A DNA stretch of 60,758 nucleotides, the filler included, from Dimargaris cristalligena (lineage: Eukaryota), in the NCBI GenBank assembly GCA_003614675.1. It is 12 parts of 12 records of this genome, joined end to end, with 100 filler letters (N's around TTAATTAATTAA, not from the genome) between each part and the next. Parts side by side here need not be neighbours in the genome. Positions count along the whole stretch, not along the records: positions 1 to 5,001 come from ML003695.1; positions 5,102 to 10,100 come from ML003696.1; positions 10,201 to 15,191 come from ML003697.1; 9 more parts are not named here. One strand, 5' to 3'. The notes beneath the pieces were generated by a model. It searched no databases, was not told the DNA's origin, and was given only the letters and a program-made list of their open reading frames with translations. The translations under genes and the position numbers were made by a program. This document shows, piece after piece, positions 1 to 11,332 of this stretch (positions within the stretch are counted from its first letter, which is position 1; each line of letters begins with the position of its first letter).

Positions 1-141
1 GAAAGAATGGGTTAAAAGGGAAGGGAAAAAAACTGGATATACCAGACAAAAAAGCCGCCTCATACCTTGTATATAAATATAATAATCAAATAGTAATAAT
101 TCATACCTGTGGCAATCAAGGGGACACTCCACCTTGCCACA
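1..141 (-). mobile_element. Terminus of LTR-like element family B, inserted into the gag of the contig-1 retrotransposon (truncated by contig start)
   Basis: Positions 1-141 match the reverse complement of about 18847-18980 (gaaagaatgggttaaa...cttgccaca). The similarity stops exactly at GCCACA (141). Confidence 0.75.
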
Positions 142-1058
142 CCACCAGTACCACCCAACATGCTGAATCGACCACCCAGTACACTGAGATTACTGCCCAA
201 CAGGCACAAGCTACTGTAGGACAGGCACCCCATCCACCTAATCCTTCAACCATTTTAGCTACCCCAAGCTCCCTAGTTTACAAGCTTAAGCCTCAGGATA
301 TTATCCCTTACTCTGGACATCAGCAGGAGAGTTTTCAGGCCTGGAAAACAATGGCCGAGATTGCAACTGATGGCCGCTGTACATCTGAGTTAGAGCAAGT
401 TCAACACTGTGCCCTGTTTCTTCGAGGAAATACCATGAAGTGGTATGCCCAGACCATTCAGACCCATCAGCACTTTCAGTCATGGGATTCCTTTTGTTCT
501 GCTTTATCGAAGGCTTTTCATGACCCTGACACTACTGCATGTCTCCATCAATAGCTTAACAATATGTCTTTCAATCGTAACATTATTCAGTTCACCGACA
601 GGTTCATAGAGATTACTACTCAAATTAACGACTTGGCTCCTGCAGAAGGCATCTTTTGTTATCTGAGTAAACTACTGACCACTGTGGCTACTATTGTTTG
701 ATGTGAAGGTCCCGAGACCCTTCAGGAGGCTGCCCATAGTGCTCAGAGTGTGTATGCCAGTATGCACCCTAATACTTCTACCGTTCATCCGTATACTGCA
801 CCAATGGACCCCCAAAATAGTCTGACACCCATGGAGTTAGATTCCTTCACACCTCTGACACCCTAAGAGTGCAATCACCTGAGACGAGAGAAAGGATGTT
901 TTTATTGTCACAAGACTGGCCATATGTGTTCCAACTATCCCCAGTTGATAGGTCAAGCAAATCGTCAAGCTAGACCTAACCCTCCACTGAATAGACCATC
1001 GGAAAATGCCAGTACCTTGGAAGTCATCTCAGGCTCCTCTGATGTAACTCCTCTCTAA
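142..1058 (+). pseudogene. gag (retrotransposon capsid-like region plus CCHC zinc knuckle), decayed
   Basis: Same frame as the ORF at 351, reading ALFLRGNTMKWY...SWDSFCSALSKAF. PMELD motif at about 828. Knuckle CFYCHKTGHMCSNY at 897-938, with the last Cys changed tgt>tat. The frame ends at TAA 1056-1058. Confidence 0.8.
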
Positions 1059-1147
1059 TTTCTTCCATAACTATTCCCAATATTAGCAGCTCTTCAATTC
1101 CTACATTGCACCCTCTACATCTACAATATACTAAAAATGATCCTTTG

Positions 1148-1525
1148 CTTCCTGACTTGAGATGTACTTATAAACGAGCTACTGGTTTTGATATTCCTTG
1201 TGTAAGAAACTAAGACTTATTGCCTGGGACAACTTCTGTTATATCCTCAGGGATTTGTATTGAACCTCCTGATGGACATTTTATTCAGCTCCATTTATGA
1301 TCCAGCTCTGCTAAACAAGGTCTCATATTACAGGCTGGAATTATTGATTCTGACTACTGGGGTATTATTCAATTTATTATTTATAATTCCAGTCCTAGTG
1401 TATTTTCCATTTGTAAAGGGGATTATATTGTACAAGGTATTCTTAATTAGTATTATCTTGTTTCCCCCATTATTTCTAACACACTGTCTACAACTTTACG
1501 CCAAAATCAAGGGTTCAGCTCTAGT
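1148..1525 (+). pseudogene. dUTPase domain (trimeric dUTPase family) at the start of retrotransposon pol
   Basis: The pol frame reads LPDLRCTYKRATGFDIPC...ISSGICIEPPDGHFIQLHL*SSSAKQGLILQAGIIDSDYWGIIQFIIYN...KGDYIVQGIL...LRQNQGFSSS. All five dUTPase motifs are present in order (AGxDL, RSS, AGxIDxDYRG, GDRIAQ, RxxxGFGSS). Stops at 1211, 1298 and 1448. Confidence 0.9.
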
Positions 1526-1561
1526 ACCATGGCTCTACATGCCAGTTATTCTTGTCCCCTT

Positions 1562-4500
1562 CTACTTTTAACTGGCAGTATTAATACTACAGTAGTAACA
1601 GCCTTATTCAATCCTAGTGCCACTAACAATTTCATTTCTCATTAAATAGCACATCAAGCCCAATTATTACTAACTCCTTTAAGTCAGCCTCAAGAAGTAT
1701 GCTTAGGAGATTCTACCACTTTATTAATTACCCATACTACTACTTTTCATCTTACATTAGGAACATTTTATCAATCTTTCACAGCTTGTGTGTTAAACAA
1801 AGCTCCATATGGTATTCTTTTAGGCCAACCATAGATTCTGGAAAATACCCCCCAGCCACAATGGCATAAGTATTCTTTATTTCTTCCTAAGTCCAATACC
1901 TATTTAGAAGGATATCCTAGTTTTACTTTAAGATCCCCACCTAATAATACTACTTTATCTGTTGTTGAGGCCTCTGATATTTTAAATGACTTAAAAACTC
2001 ATGAAGGTTTCCTTATATTAGTACAACCAGTAATAGAGGAAGCCCCTTCAATTCCTAGTGTGTATCAATCCACTCTTGCCCCATTTTGATCCACTATTTT
2101 AGGCCCATTACCTAGTGGACTTCCTCCAGCTAGAACCATTGACCATCACGTAGATACTGGAGATGCAACCCCCATTTATCGCCATCCCTACAAATTTCCT
2201 CATTCTGACCTCCAGGAACTACATACCCAGTTGGATGACTACTTAGCTAAAGGATTGATTCAACCAGGAGCTTCTCCTTGGGGTGCTCCCATCATCTTTG
2301 TCCCTAAAAAAGATGGATTATGCCGAATGTGCATTGATTATCAGGCTCTAAATTCAAAAACGGTAAAAAATCGATATCCTCTACTCCATATTGATGAAAC
2401 CTTTACTGGTTTGGCTGGTGCTCACATATTATCTAAAATTGATTTAAAATCAGGATATCATCAAATTTGTATTCATCTACCTGATATACCTAAAACTGCT
2501 TTTAATACTAGGTATGGCCAATTTGAATTCCTTGTATTACCCTTTGGATTAACCAATGCCCCCGCTACTTTTCAAACACTTATGAATGGAGTACTTCACC
2601 CCTTTCTTGATAAGTTTGCTATGGTTTACCTTGATGATATTCTTATTTACAGTCCAGATGAAAGTACACATCAGCAATATTTACGGCAAGTTTTAACCCT
2701 TCTGGAATAGCATCATCTCTATGCTAATCTTGCTAAATGTGTCTTTGGCCAAACTTCTTTAGAATACTTAGGCCATATCATTTCTACTGCTGGTATATCT
2801 GTAGATCCCCGTAAAGTTCAGGCTATGCAAACTTTTCCTGTTCCCGCCACTGTTAAAACTTTACAATCTTTTTTAGGACTCACCAATTATTATTGTAAAT
2901 TCATTGCTAATTATTCTTTTATTGTAGCACCACTTACCAGTGCACTTCATAACAAACTAAAAGAACTCCTTTGGATACCTTAGTGTCAATCAGCTTTTGA
3001 ATCACTATGCCATCAATTAAGCAGTACCCCTCTATTAGTTTACCCTGATTATACCTTACCTTTTCAAGTATATACAGATGCCTCTAAGGTTGCTTTGGGT
3101 GCTGTTCTAATGCAGGATTAAGGCCAGGGATTACAACCTATTGCCTATGAATCTAAAAAATTATCTGATCCTGAATCTCATTATACTCCTCATGAGTTAG
3201 AATTATATGCTATTATTCATACTTTAAAAATTTAGTGTCACTACTTATATAACCATCCTTTTACTGTTCACACTGATCATAGAGGTCTTCAATTTCTTTC
3301 TACCACACCTAAGATTCCTATTTGCCTACATCATTGGCTTGAACTTCTCCTGGATTTCGATCCTGATATTAAGTATCTACCAGGGGCTAAGCAAGTTGTT
3401 GCAGATGCACTATCCCAATGTCACAAAACCCCAGCTCTTAATCAACATATATCTATAGCTGCTACCTTGGCTTAATTACCCACTGATTGGCCACAGTACA
3501 TGACACAGCTCTTATGGCAGGAACCATTACCACCAGATACCTCCGTTACCACTTGGGAACATTTGGATTGGGAAATATCCCACTTCACATTAGATCCTGT
3601 ATCAGGCTCCCTATGTTGACTCATCAATGGAAAACCAGTACCCTATATCAAACCCATTGCTCGTAACCATTGGATTCGATGGTTTCATGATAACTATGGA
3701 CATGAAGGGTACCAACGCACCCATTATCAATTACAAATACAAGTTTAGTGGCCACAGCTTCTTAGTTCAGTTCACCAATTTGTTTGTGCTTGTCCTCGTT
3801 GTCAAATTCATTGTCGAGCATATCCTCTTACCACTGTTGAGCCTACACCCCTGGACCCTGTAGCCCAACCTTTGGACCAATGGGCTCTTGATTTTGTAGG
3901 ACCACTTATTTCATCAGTGAAGGGTAATAGATATATTATTACAGCTATTGACCAAGCTAATGGATTCCCTGTTTGCAAAGCTGTTTCTGAAGCTACTGCA
4001 GAAGTTGCTAAATCTTTTCTAGGTGATGATATTATATCTATTTTTGGATTACCTTGAGAAATACTTACTGATCGAGGTACCCAGTTTATGAGTAATACTT
4101 TTGAATCCTTTTTGCAACACCATAATATCCACCATCTAACTACTTCCACTTATGATCCTCAGACTAATGGCTGAGTAGAATGATTTCATGCAGAACTCAA
4201 AGGAGCTATCACATATCAAAATACAGGAGCATGTCAAAATTGGGATACTTTTTTACCTATGGTACTATTAGTTATTCGGACTTGCTATTCTCAGGTAACA
4301 CAAAGTACACCATATTATTTGGTATTTGGTCATTACCCTTGGATACCTGGTGACCGAATCTTACTATTGTTACCGGAGTCAGATATTAACACACTGCAAC
4401 ATCATGCTCAACAATGTCTACCTAGTGTTCAAGAACATCATAAACAGGTATTCTCAATTCACCAGCTCACACAGGCTCATACTCGATAATGATTTTGGGA

Positions 4501-4795
4501 TAAACAACTACGATCTTGTCAATTCAAAGTCAATGATGCCATTTTATTATGAGATCCCACAGCTAGGTCCTTACAATCTCATTGGTTTGGACCTTTTCAT
4601 ATTCACCAGGTTCTACAACATAACACATATTTATTAATGTCCCCTAACATGACTATCAGTCCTGTTCCTATCTATGCCTCCCGATTAAAACCAGCTGTAG
4701 TATCAGATGCTAATTATCATGCTTGGCACTTACCTCCACAGTATATACGCACCCTTGGGGAGGATGGTGTTGTGGTAGGACCTGAGACTACTTAG
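1562..4795 (+). pseudogene. pol: aspartic protease, reverse transcriptase, RNase H, DDE integrase (decayed)
   Basis: Protease ALFNPSATNNFI at 1601 (from ALFDxGA). RT motifs [39 protein letters not shown] and [10 protein letters not shown]. RNase H VYTDASKVALGAVL. Integrase HDNYGH...CPRC, WALDFVGP, TDRGTQF, PQTNG*VE* and WFGPF. No chromodomain seen. Confidence 0.95.
4757..4767 (+). promoter_or_regulatory. Polypurine tract (plus-strand primer)
   Basis: GGGGAGGATGG lies immediately before the LTR start TGTTGTGG. Confidence 0.75.
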
Positions 4796-5001
4796 TCAAT
4801 CATAGTATTCCCTTTTTTAATTACATTCTATTTTTATATCCTTTTATCAGCAAAGTCATGATTTATTATTTTATAGCCTTGCAATATCATAGCAAGCGAG
4901 AGATACATCAAATACCACTCACATTTATATTTGATATCATCATTAGCTAGATATATTTGTAAACTCCTCATTATTAATCAATTTAAGCAGTAATACCACG
5001 T
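4768..5001 (+). repeat. 3' LTR (family A), truncated by contig end
   Basis: Starts TGTTGTGGTAGG. A second copy at 10201-10392 (minus strand) begins at the same base. Confidence 0.85.
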
Positions 5002-5101
5002 NNNNNNNNNNNNNNNNNNNNNNNNNNNNNNNNNNNNNNNNNNNNTTAATTAATTAANNNNNNNNNNNNNNNNNNNNNNNNNNNNNNNNNNNNNNNNNNN
5101 N
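5002..5101. other. Artificial contig spacer (44N-TTAATTAATTAA-44N); 11 identical spacers in the window
   Basis: The same spacer occurs at 10101, 15192, 20281, 25366, 30441, 35515, 40582, 45637, 50684 and 55722. It contains stops in all six frames. Confidence 0.99.
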
Positions 5102-5190
5102 GGATGAAAATTCCAATTGATGTAGCAGTACTATATTTTTTTCAAACAGAAGATAAAAAGCGGCTATCAGCATTATATAAATTAACTTAC

Positions 5191-5688
5191 TGTGTCCGTG
5201 ACTTCCAGCCGAATGCCCAGCGACCGCAGGTAGTTTTGCAAAGCGACCGGCAGGGGGCGGAAGGAGCGACCGGTACCAACCACCAAGATTTCGGGCTTGG
5301 GGGTAACCACCTCCAAAATCTTCCAAATATCCTTATTGGCCTCCGTCAATTCATAGGCGCCACTAGGACCCGGTTGGATTTTCCACTCCAACACGGTGCT
5401 GCCCACGATAAACGTCGGTCCATTGACCTGGACCCCATTGGTGAATATGAAGCCCTGGGGGGTGAAGGCCTGCACGCGCATGGTGGGCTCGGCTCCCATT
5501 TGGTCAAAGATGTTGGTCATGGTGGCCCCACCCGCACTCGGACCGTTACGGCGCGTAGCGGATGTTGTGAACAGGCGGGTGATACCGGTTGGGAAGGTGA
5601 TGTGGGCGGGGGGGGCCCGCAGCCGGTAAACCGGTGCCGAACGGGCAAGGCCCAGCCGTGCAAGAGAGGAGGTGATCGACATATTCAT
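5191..5688 (-). CDS. NDUFAF3: Mitochondrial complex I assembly factor NDUFAF3 / Mth938-like, exon 1 (3' part missing)
   Basis: Arg/Ser-rich presequence, then GFIFTNGVQVNGP...LEVVTPKPEILVVGTG...LRSLGIRLEVTDT. The exon ends at a GTAAGT donor (5190-5185). Confidence 0.85.
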
Positions 5689-6630
5689 TTGGCCAGCAGT
5701 GGGGTTTGTTAAAAGGGAAAGGGAACGTAGCTAACTAATCGCACTACCCTGTGTCGCTGTAAAACTCCGGTTGATAGTTACAGAATGTGTTTAGAAATGC
5801 TAATGACAAATGGGAAGTGTGCAGAGACCTCTCATTCACCCTAATGTGGCCTGAATCTGAGAGCTATGTGGCCTTCCTCCCCCCAGCCACTACGGCACTG
5901 AGTTTATTGACAATGAAGTCAAAGTGGGTGGTGAGTTGGCTATTTCTATAGTCTCTTCTCTCCCTCTAGCAAAGATATGGCCAGTACGTATTACTAAAGT
6001 CATATCACGTGGTTCCGCTTACGAGGCCCAAGGTAGACGATACTAATGGAAGCTCTGAGGTGTGTGCTCACGGCAGGGCCCAATACGTATTCCTAGTGTG
6101 ATTGGAGCTCCAGATATAAGTATGCTGATATTAGTAGTCAATATACCAGGATTTAATGGCATACCTAGATGGTTCTGGAACAAGCAGTAGAGATGTTGAA
6201 GTATTTATATTAGTCAATGGGGTAACTTTGGTCATTGCCAAGTAAACCTATCCTAATGTTGCTATTGCCGTAGCTCCTCCAGTCCAGTAAGTGCGGAGCC
6301 TCAATTGGCCATAGAGCAGATCGATAGGCCTGCCCAAGTTACAGGGTTGCTGCGGTCATACTGGGTGGAGGAGGGCTTCACCATCTAATGGTAGAACTGG
6401 GAAGAAGGTCACTTTCCCCTTCCTTAATATCAACGCGCCCTCACCCTGCTTACTATATGCCTCAACCACACCAGCGGTACTTGGACAACGTAGCAGTATT
6501 AGTCTCTACTTGCCTCCAACCTTCCCTCCTTTCCCCCTTAGCCTCTTCCCCATCCGCCATTCAGTTCCGTAGTATTCCCCGTTATTGCATTCTTTCTCGC
6601 CTTTACTTATTTACTACCCTTTAGTCCCAC

Positions 6631-8458
6631 ATGTCGCCCATCAAAGGTACATTCCCCTCTATCACAGCCTACCCTTCGCCTTACAACCCATATTCTCTGA
6701 CGTGTACCACTCTCCCCACCTTCCCATGCTTAGCCAGTGAACCCACAGTCACCGCCTTCTAACTGCATCCCCTCTATTCTCCCCATTACACTGGCACCTC
6801 TTTATTACGCCACAGTCAATGTCAAATGGAGCGGACAGAAGTTCGACAATATCGAACTTGACCCCCAAGAACCCGCCCTCACCTTCAAAACCCAGCTGTT
6901 TAGCCTAACCGGGGTCCAACCCGAGCGGCAGAAGATCTTCGTCAAAGGTGGCATGCTCAAAGATGACACCGACCTCGCCTCTCTCCATCTGACCGACGGA
7001 CACACCTTCATGATGATGGGTACTGCCGGGGAATTGCCCAAAGTTCCCGAGAAGAAAGTCATGTTCGTCGAAGACATGTCCGAAAAACAGCTGCAAACCG
7101 CCTATAGCATTCCCAGCGGCCTCCAGAATTTGGGCAACACCTGCTACCTTAATGCCACGCTACAGTGTATGCGCGTTATTCCGGAACTCCGCCAGAGTTT
7201 GGCTCAGTTTACCGGGGGGATCAACCAGGGTAGCCCGGCCGCTAATTTAACCGCTGCTCTACGTGACCTGTACAAGGAGCTGGATCGGAGTTCCGAGGGC
7301 TACCCGCCTCTGGTCTTTCTGCAACTCTTCTTCGCCCTCTTCCCCCAGTTTGGGGAACGGGATCGGCATAATGCCCTCCGTCAGCACGATGCCGAAGAAT
7401 GCTGGACCCAGCTGTTCACCGCTATGAGGGAACAGCTCGGCCAAACCACCTCGTCCTCTAGTTCTACGCCTACCCCGACCTTGGAGAAGCTTACCATGGG
7501 TAAGATGGAAGTCACCATCCAGTGCGATGACAACCCCGAGGAACCCCCCCAAACCATGACCGAGTCCTTCGCCAAACTGAGTTGCCACATCAGCAAAGAT
7601 ACCAACTTCCTGCCCAGTGGCATCGCCGCCGCCCTTACCGAAAAAATCCAAAAGCGGTCCCCGTCGCTGGACCGTGACGCTACCTACACCCGCCGGTGCC
7701 AGATTACCCGGCTACCGGCCTACTTGACCGTCAATTTTGTCCGGTTCTTCTGGAAGGCCAGCGAGCAGGTTAATTCCAAGATCCTCCGCAAAGTGACCTT
7801 CCCCACCACCTTTGACGCCACCTCGTTTTGCCACCCGGATCTGGTGGCTAGAATGCGGCCCGTGCGCGAAGCTATTCGTGAGGCCGAGGAGAAGACCGCT
7901 TTAGAAAAGGTAAGCATATCGGGTTGATCTTTATTGGTGACTCGGTTGATTTTGCTTCTTCCCTCCCCCCTCCGTATTCTGCTCCAGTTCATTCCCAACA
8001 TTTGAGCGTCTACCTTGTATGATCCATGTAGAGACTAATGCCTTAGTATTCCCCGTATATTTTTATCTTGTTTTCCTATTCACCAGAAACTGAAGAAGCA
8101 GACCTCCGGGCAGTCTGATGCTATGCAAGTCGATGGTGCCGATGGTCAGACCGGTTCCACCGGTACTCTGCCCGAACCTAGTCCCAAGTTCGAATTGGAC
8201 TCGGCTTTCAAACAGGACCCTGGTTGCAACCCGAGTGGCCAGTACGATCTCTGCGCCGTCTTAACCCACATTGGCCGTTCCTCGGATGAAGGTCATTACG
8301 TTGCTTGGATTCGTAAGGATAATTCGGACGAGTGGTACAAGTACGACGACGACCGAGTATCCATCGTTAAGGAGGCCGAGATCATGAGGCTTAGCGGCGG
8401 CGGTGACTGGCATACGGCCTATATCTGCCTGTACCGCGCCAAAGATCTACCTGCCTAG
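6631..8458 (+). CDS. UBP6: Proteasome-associated deubiquitinase Ubp6/USP14; exons 6631-6646, 6816-7909, 8087-8458 (493 aa)
   Basis: N-terminal UBL (VNVKWSG...QPERQKI...MMMGT), Cys box GLQNLGNTCYLNATLQC, QHDAEE, and His box GHYVAW...DDD...GGGDWHTAY. The GT-AG introns keep the frame. Confidence 0.95.
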
Positions 8459-9196
8459 GGATAGGTAAATGGTACCAGAGTAGGAATTTAAGATAATGGT
8501 AGCACTGTTCAGAGGATTTAATTTCTCCCTCCTCTCGCTTAAAAAAACCTACCTTATTTGACATACTGTATTTTCACTTGGTGGAACTTTATTTCCTCGT
8601 AGTTGTATTTTGGTATAGGGCCCTTCATTTCCCGATGCAATGGTCTTCATCCCCGCTCTAATAACGCGGATGCCTGTCTCGATATGGAATTCTCTTGCGG
8701 TGTCGCGTTCAGTGCCATTATTTGACCGTTACTTCGATCAATTAGCCAACTGACCGACGGACCGTCCTGTATGCTGTTTATTCATTTGATTCCATGTACC
8801 CATAACCGCCATACTTGGTTTTTACAATTTTTATACAATATAAAGTGAAATTATTGAGACGGAGGTCTTTACTTTAACCGAAGTTCCTAATAGGATTGGT
8901 GATTGGTAGAGGTACCATATATGAAAAGTGTTAGAAATAACGTGATCTTTCGTGATTCTCTTCTAGCTCCTATGAGTGGTATTTTATTCACCCTTTATAA
9001 CTGCAACCCCTTCATTCTTATGGGCGCATCCTCTATTCAATAAAACAACTCAACTGGAGTTGTTGTTTCTCTTTGCGGCTTTCTTCCTTATTCATTACTA
9101 TTTCTACTAGTGATTATATCCTTATACAATAAAGCTTGCGGTTATCACTCTTTAAATATTCTAATAAAAGGTTTAATGTAACTATATAATGATTTG

Positions 9197-9250
9197 GATG
9201 AAAATTCCAATTGATGTAGCAGTACTATTTTTTTATCAAAACAGAAGATA
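9197..9250 (+). repeat. Short dispersed repeat; second copy at about 5102-5154 inside the NDUFAF3 intron
   Basis: ggatgaaaattccaattgatgtagcagtactat...acagaagata occurs twice in contig 2. Confidence 0.7.
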
Positions 9251-9391
9251 TAGGAGTAGTTCAATAAGGCTATATAACGAAAAATCCATTTGATGAGGCA
9301 AATACTACAGGTTGAAAATAAACATCCCACCGATTTTCCCATACACATATCAGTTAAACCCTTATACAGCCAAGCTGAACTTCACCCATAT
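9248..9391 (-). mobile_element. 144-bp MITE (family E), ATAT-flanked, with about 30-bp imperfect TIRs
   Basis: ATAT-aggagtagttca...tgaacttcaccc-ATAT. Homologous to the copies at 33332, 44155, 47971 and 55822. Confidence 0.8.
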
Positions 9392-9489
9392 GCACATCGA
9401 TGGGATTTTTTTTTAAAATGAGGGAAAAATGATCACTGACCCTGTGATCAATCAAAAGACCTATAATAAATCTATGAATAATGACTCGG

Positions 9490-10100
9490 AAAAGCCAAAA
9501 AAAAAACTGTACTATATAAATTGATATCTGGTAACTGGACTAGTGGCAAATTAGCTTTCTTTAACTACTTTCCACTATTTTTCAATACTTTTAAGTTATT
9601 TTCTACTACTTTTTAAAGGATTATTCCTATATTAAATTAAATTACAATAAACCTAAACTTTCTTTTATATATAATCTTGCAGCTAGTGTATAGAAACTGT
9701 GTTTTAATAATTAAACTACCCTTCTAATACTTTAAAATTTCTTACTAATCCCTACCCCCTTTCCTTTGGTGATTAATTACCTAACAAATAATTCTAAATG
9801 GCAAATATACACAATCTACACTGGCTGCATTATAAAGTAAGTAAACCCTTTTCACAGCAGAAAACTGGCCAATGAGGGGCTATACTTAAGAAATTTTTTG
9901 AGCTGTCCAGGAATCTGGCAGGGGATGATGACCTTTTTGATCTCTTTTCATCTATTTTAATAAAAACCAGCTCTGGGATGGCCCTATTTACTAGGTTAGT
10001 TATAGTATCCCCTTTTTTTAGGATTGTTTTATCTGTGGTAGACCACTTCCAATCTGCCAATTACCTTGATAAGGTGGTTTGGTCTTCCCTCCTTGCTCCC
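9490..10100 (+). mobile_element. Probable decayed repeat or TE fragment with a remnant reading frame from ATG 9798
   Basis: No CpG found over about 600 bp. The frame from 9798 is open to the contig end except for one TGA at 9873. No recognisable motif. Confidence 0.3.
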
Positions 10101-10200
10101 NNNNNNNNNNNNNNNNNNNNNNNNNNNNNNNNNNNNNNNNNNNNTTAATTAATTAANNNNNNNNNNNNNNNNNNNNNNNNNNNNNNNNNNNNNNNNNNNN

Positions 10201-10392
10201 CGAATATATCTGGCTAATGATGATATCAAATATAAATGCGAGTGATATTTGATGTGTTTCTCACTTGCTATGATATTGCAAGGTTATAAAATAATAAATC
10301 GAGACTTCACTGATAAAAGGATATAGTAATGAGAATTGATTAATAAAGAAATACTGCGGTTTAACTAAGTAGTCTCAGGTCCTACCACAACA
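10201..10392 (-). repeat. LTR family A, 5' end (5' LTR or solo LTR), truncated by contig start
   Basis: The reverse complement matches 4768 to about 4960. There is no PPT upstream, so this is an insertion junction. Confidence 0.85.
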
Positions 10393-11332
10393 AAAATATT
10401 ATGGATTATTTAGTATGTATAGGTTAAACTTTAAATAGGGGGTTTGGAAGGGATGATTTTAGTGCACATACCTGCCTCATTCCAATATGATGGTGCATAG
10501 CCCAGACAGACCCTACATTTGAGTGTACCCGTAGGGCCGCCCCCATTGTACCTACTAATTTCTAAAACTGCTAATTGGGTATATTTTTGAATTTTGCCCA
10601 TACCGTACATGTAGTAACAAATCTGGGTAGAATCATAAATGAAATGTAACAAGTCAAAGAGCACAGGCCAACAACGCATCTCTTTATCATCCGTTTTATA
10701 TTTTTACGCACCTAAATCCGTCCATCTGAAATAGGGTAAGCATAAACACGGGCCTAGTCGGAGAGTGAGATGAGGGGGGGGGAGGCACGGGTTTTTACCC
10801 TAATCAATCGACGAATACATTGTTACACGTGAAATATTCCAATAGTTCGTAGCGAATCCATCGTCGACTACACTTCACCCTCTCCCTCTATATCGGGATG
10901 AGTTGATTGGTAGATTAAACAGGATCAGGAAACATATGAAAGAGACGCCGATTGGCAATCACTGAACGGGTTGATGGGCATGGCTGGGTCAAAGAGCACC
11001 TCCTCCATATTAGCCAAATAAAATTTACTAAATAGCAATATGCCCCATTGGTATTAGAACCAAGTCACCACGCTTCAATTTGACTACTGCGTCTGACCCA
11101 ATGAAAATCCACCCGCTTTCCTTTCAAGCCACCTGTTCCTATCCTACAATAGTATACATTTTCTACGCAAGTGTACAAGGGGATTAGACCGTAGTAGTCT
11201 AAGGATTCCCACTATCTTTTGAGTATAATGGCAAGTTCTCCGGGCTCCAACTGTCTATCCATCCCCTCCCCCTAAAATAAAGAAAAGCCCTTAAATAGGC
11301 AGTCTTCATTAACAAATACCCATGGCAGCACC

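Larger units (their letters stand above)
142..5001 (+). mobile_element. Degenerate Ty3/gypsy LTR retrotransposon: gag - dUTPase - protease - RT - RNase H - integrase - PPT - 3' LTR
   Basis: All domains can be read by eye in order. The pol region stays in one frame from about 1001 to 4795 with many internal stops. A PPT at 4757-4767 is followed by an LTR starting with TG. Confidence 0.95.

Noticed and set aside
1260-1571. Hydrophobic 103-aa ORF resembling a membrane or env-like protein
   Set aside because: It is an alternative-frame shadow of the T-rich, mutated dUTPase region.
5002-5101. Regularly spaced TTAATTAATTAA palindromes within N runs, superficially like an array
   Set aside because: These are artificial six-frame-stop linkers between size-sorted contigs. 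ORFs containing X runs are artefacts.
5104-5712. 202-aa plus-strand ORF, and similar antisense ORFs over UBP6, the NRPS and YCF1
   Set aside because: These are antisense or alternative-frame shadows of well-supported genes in GC-rich coding DNA.
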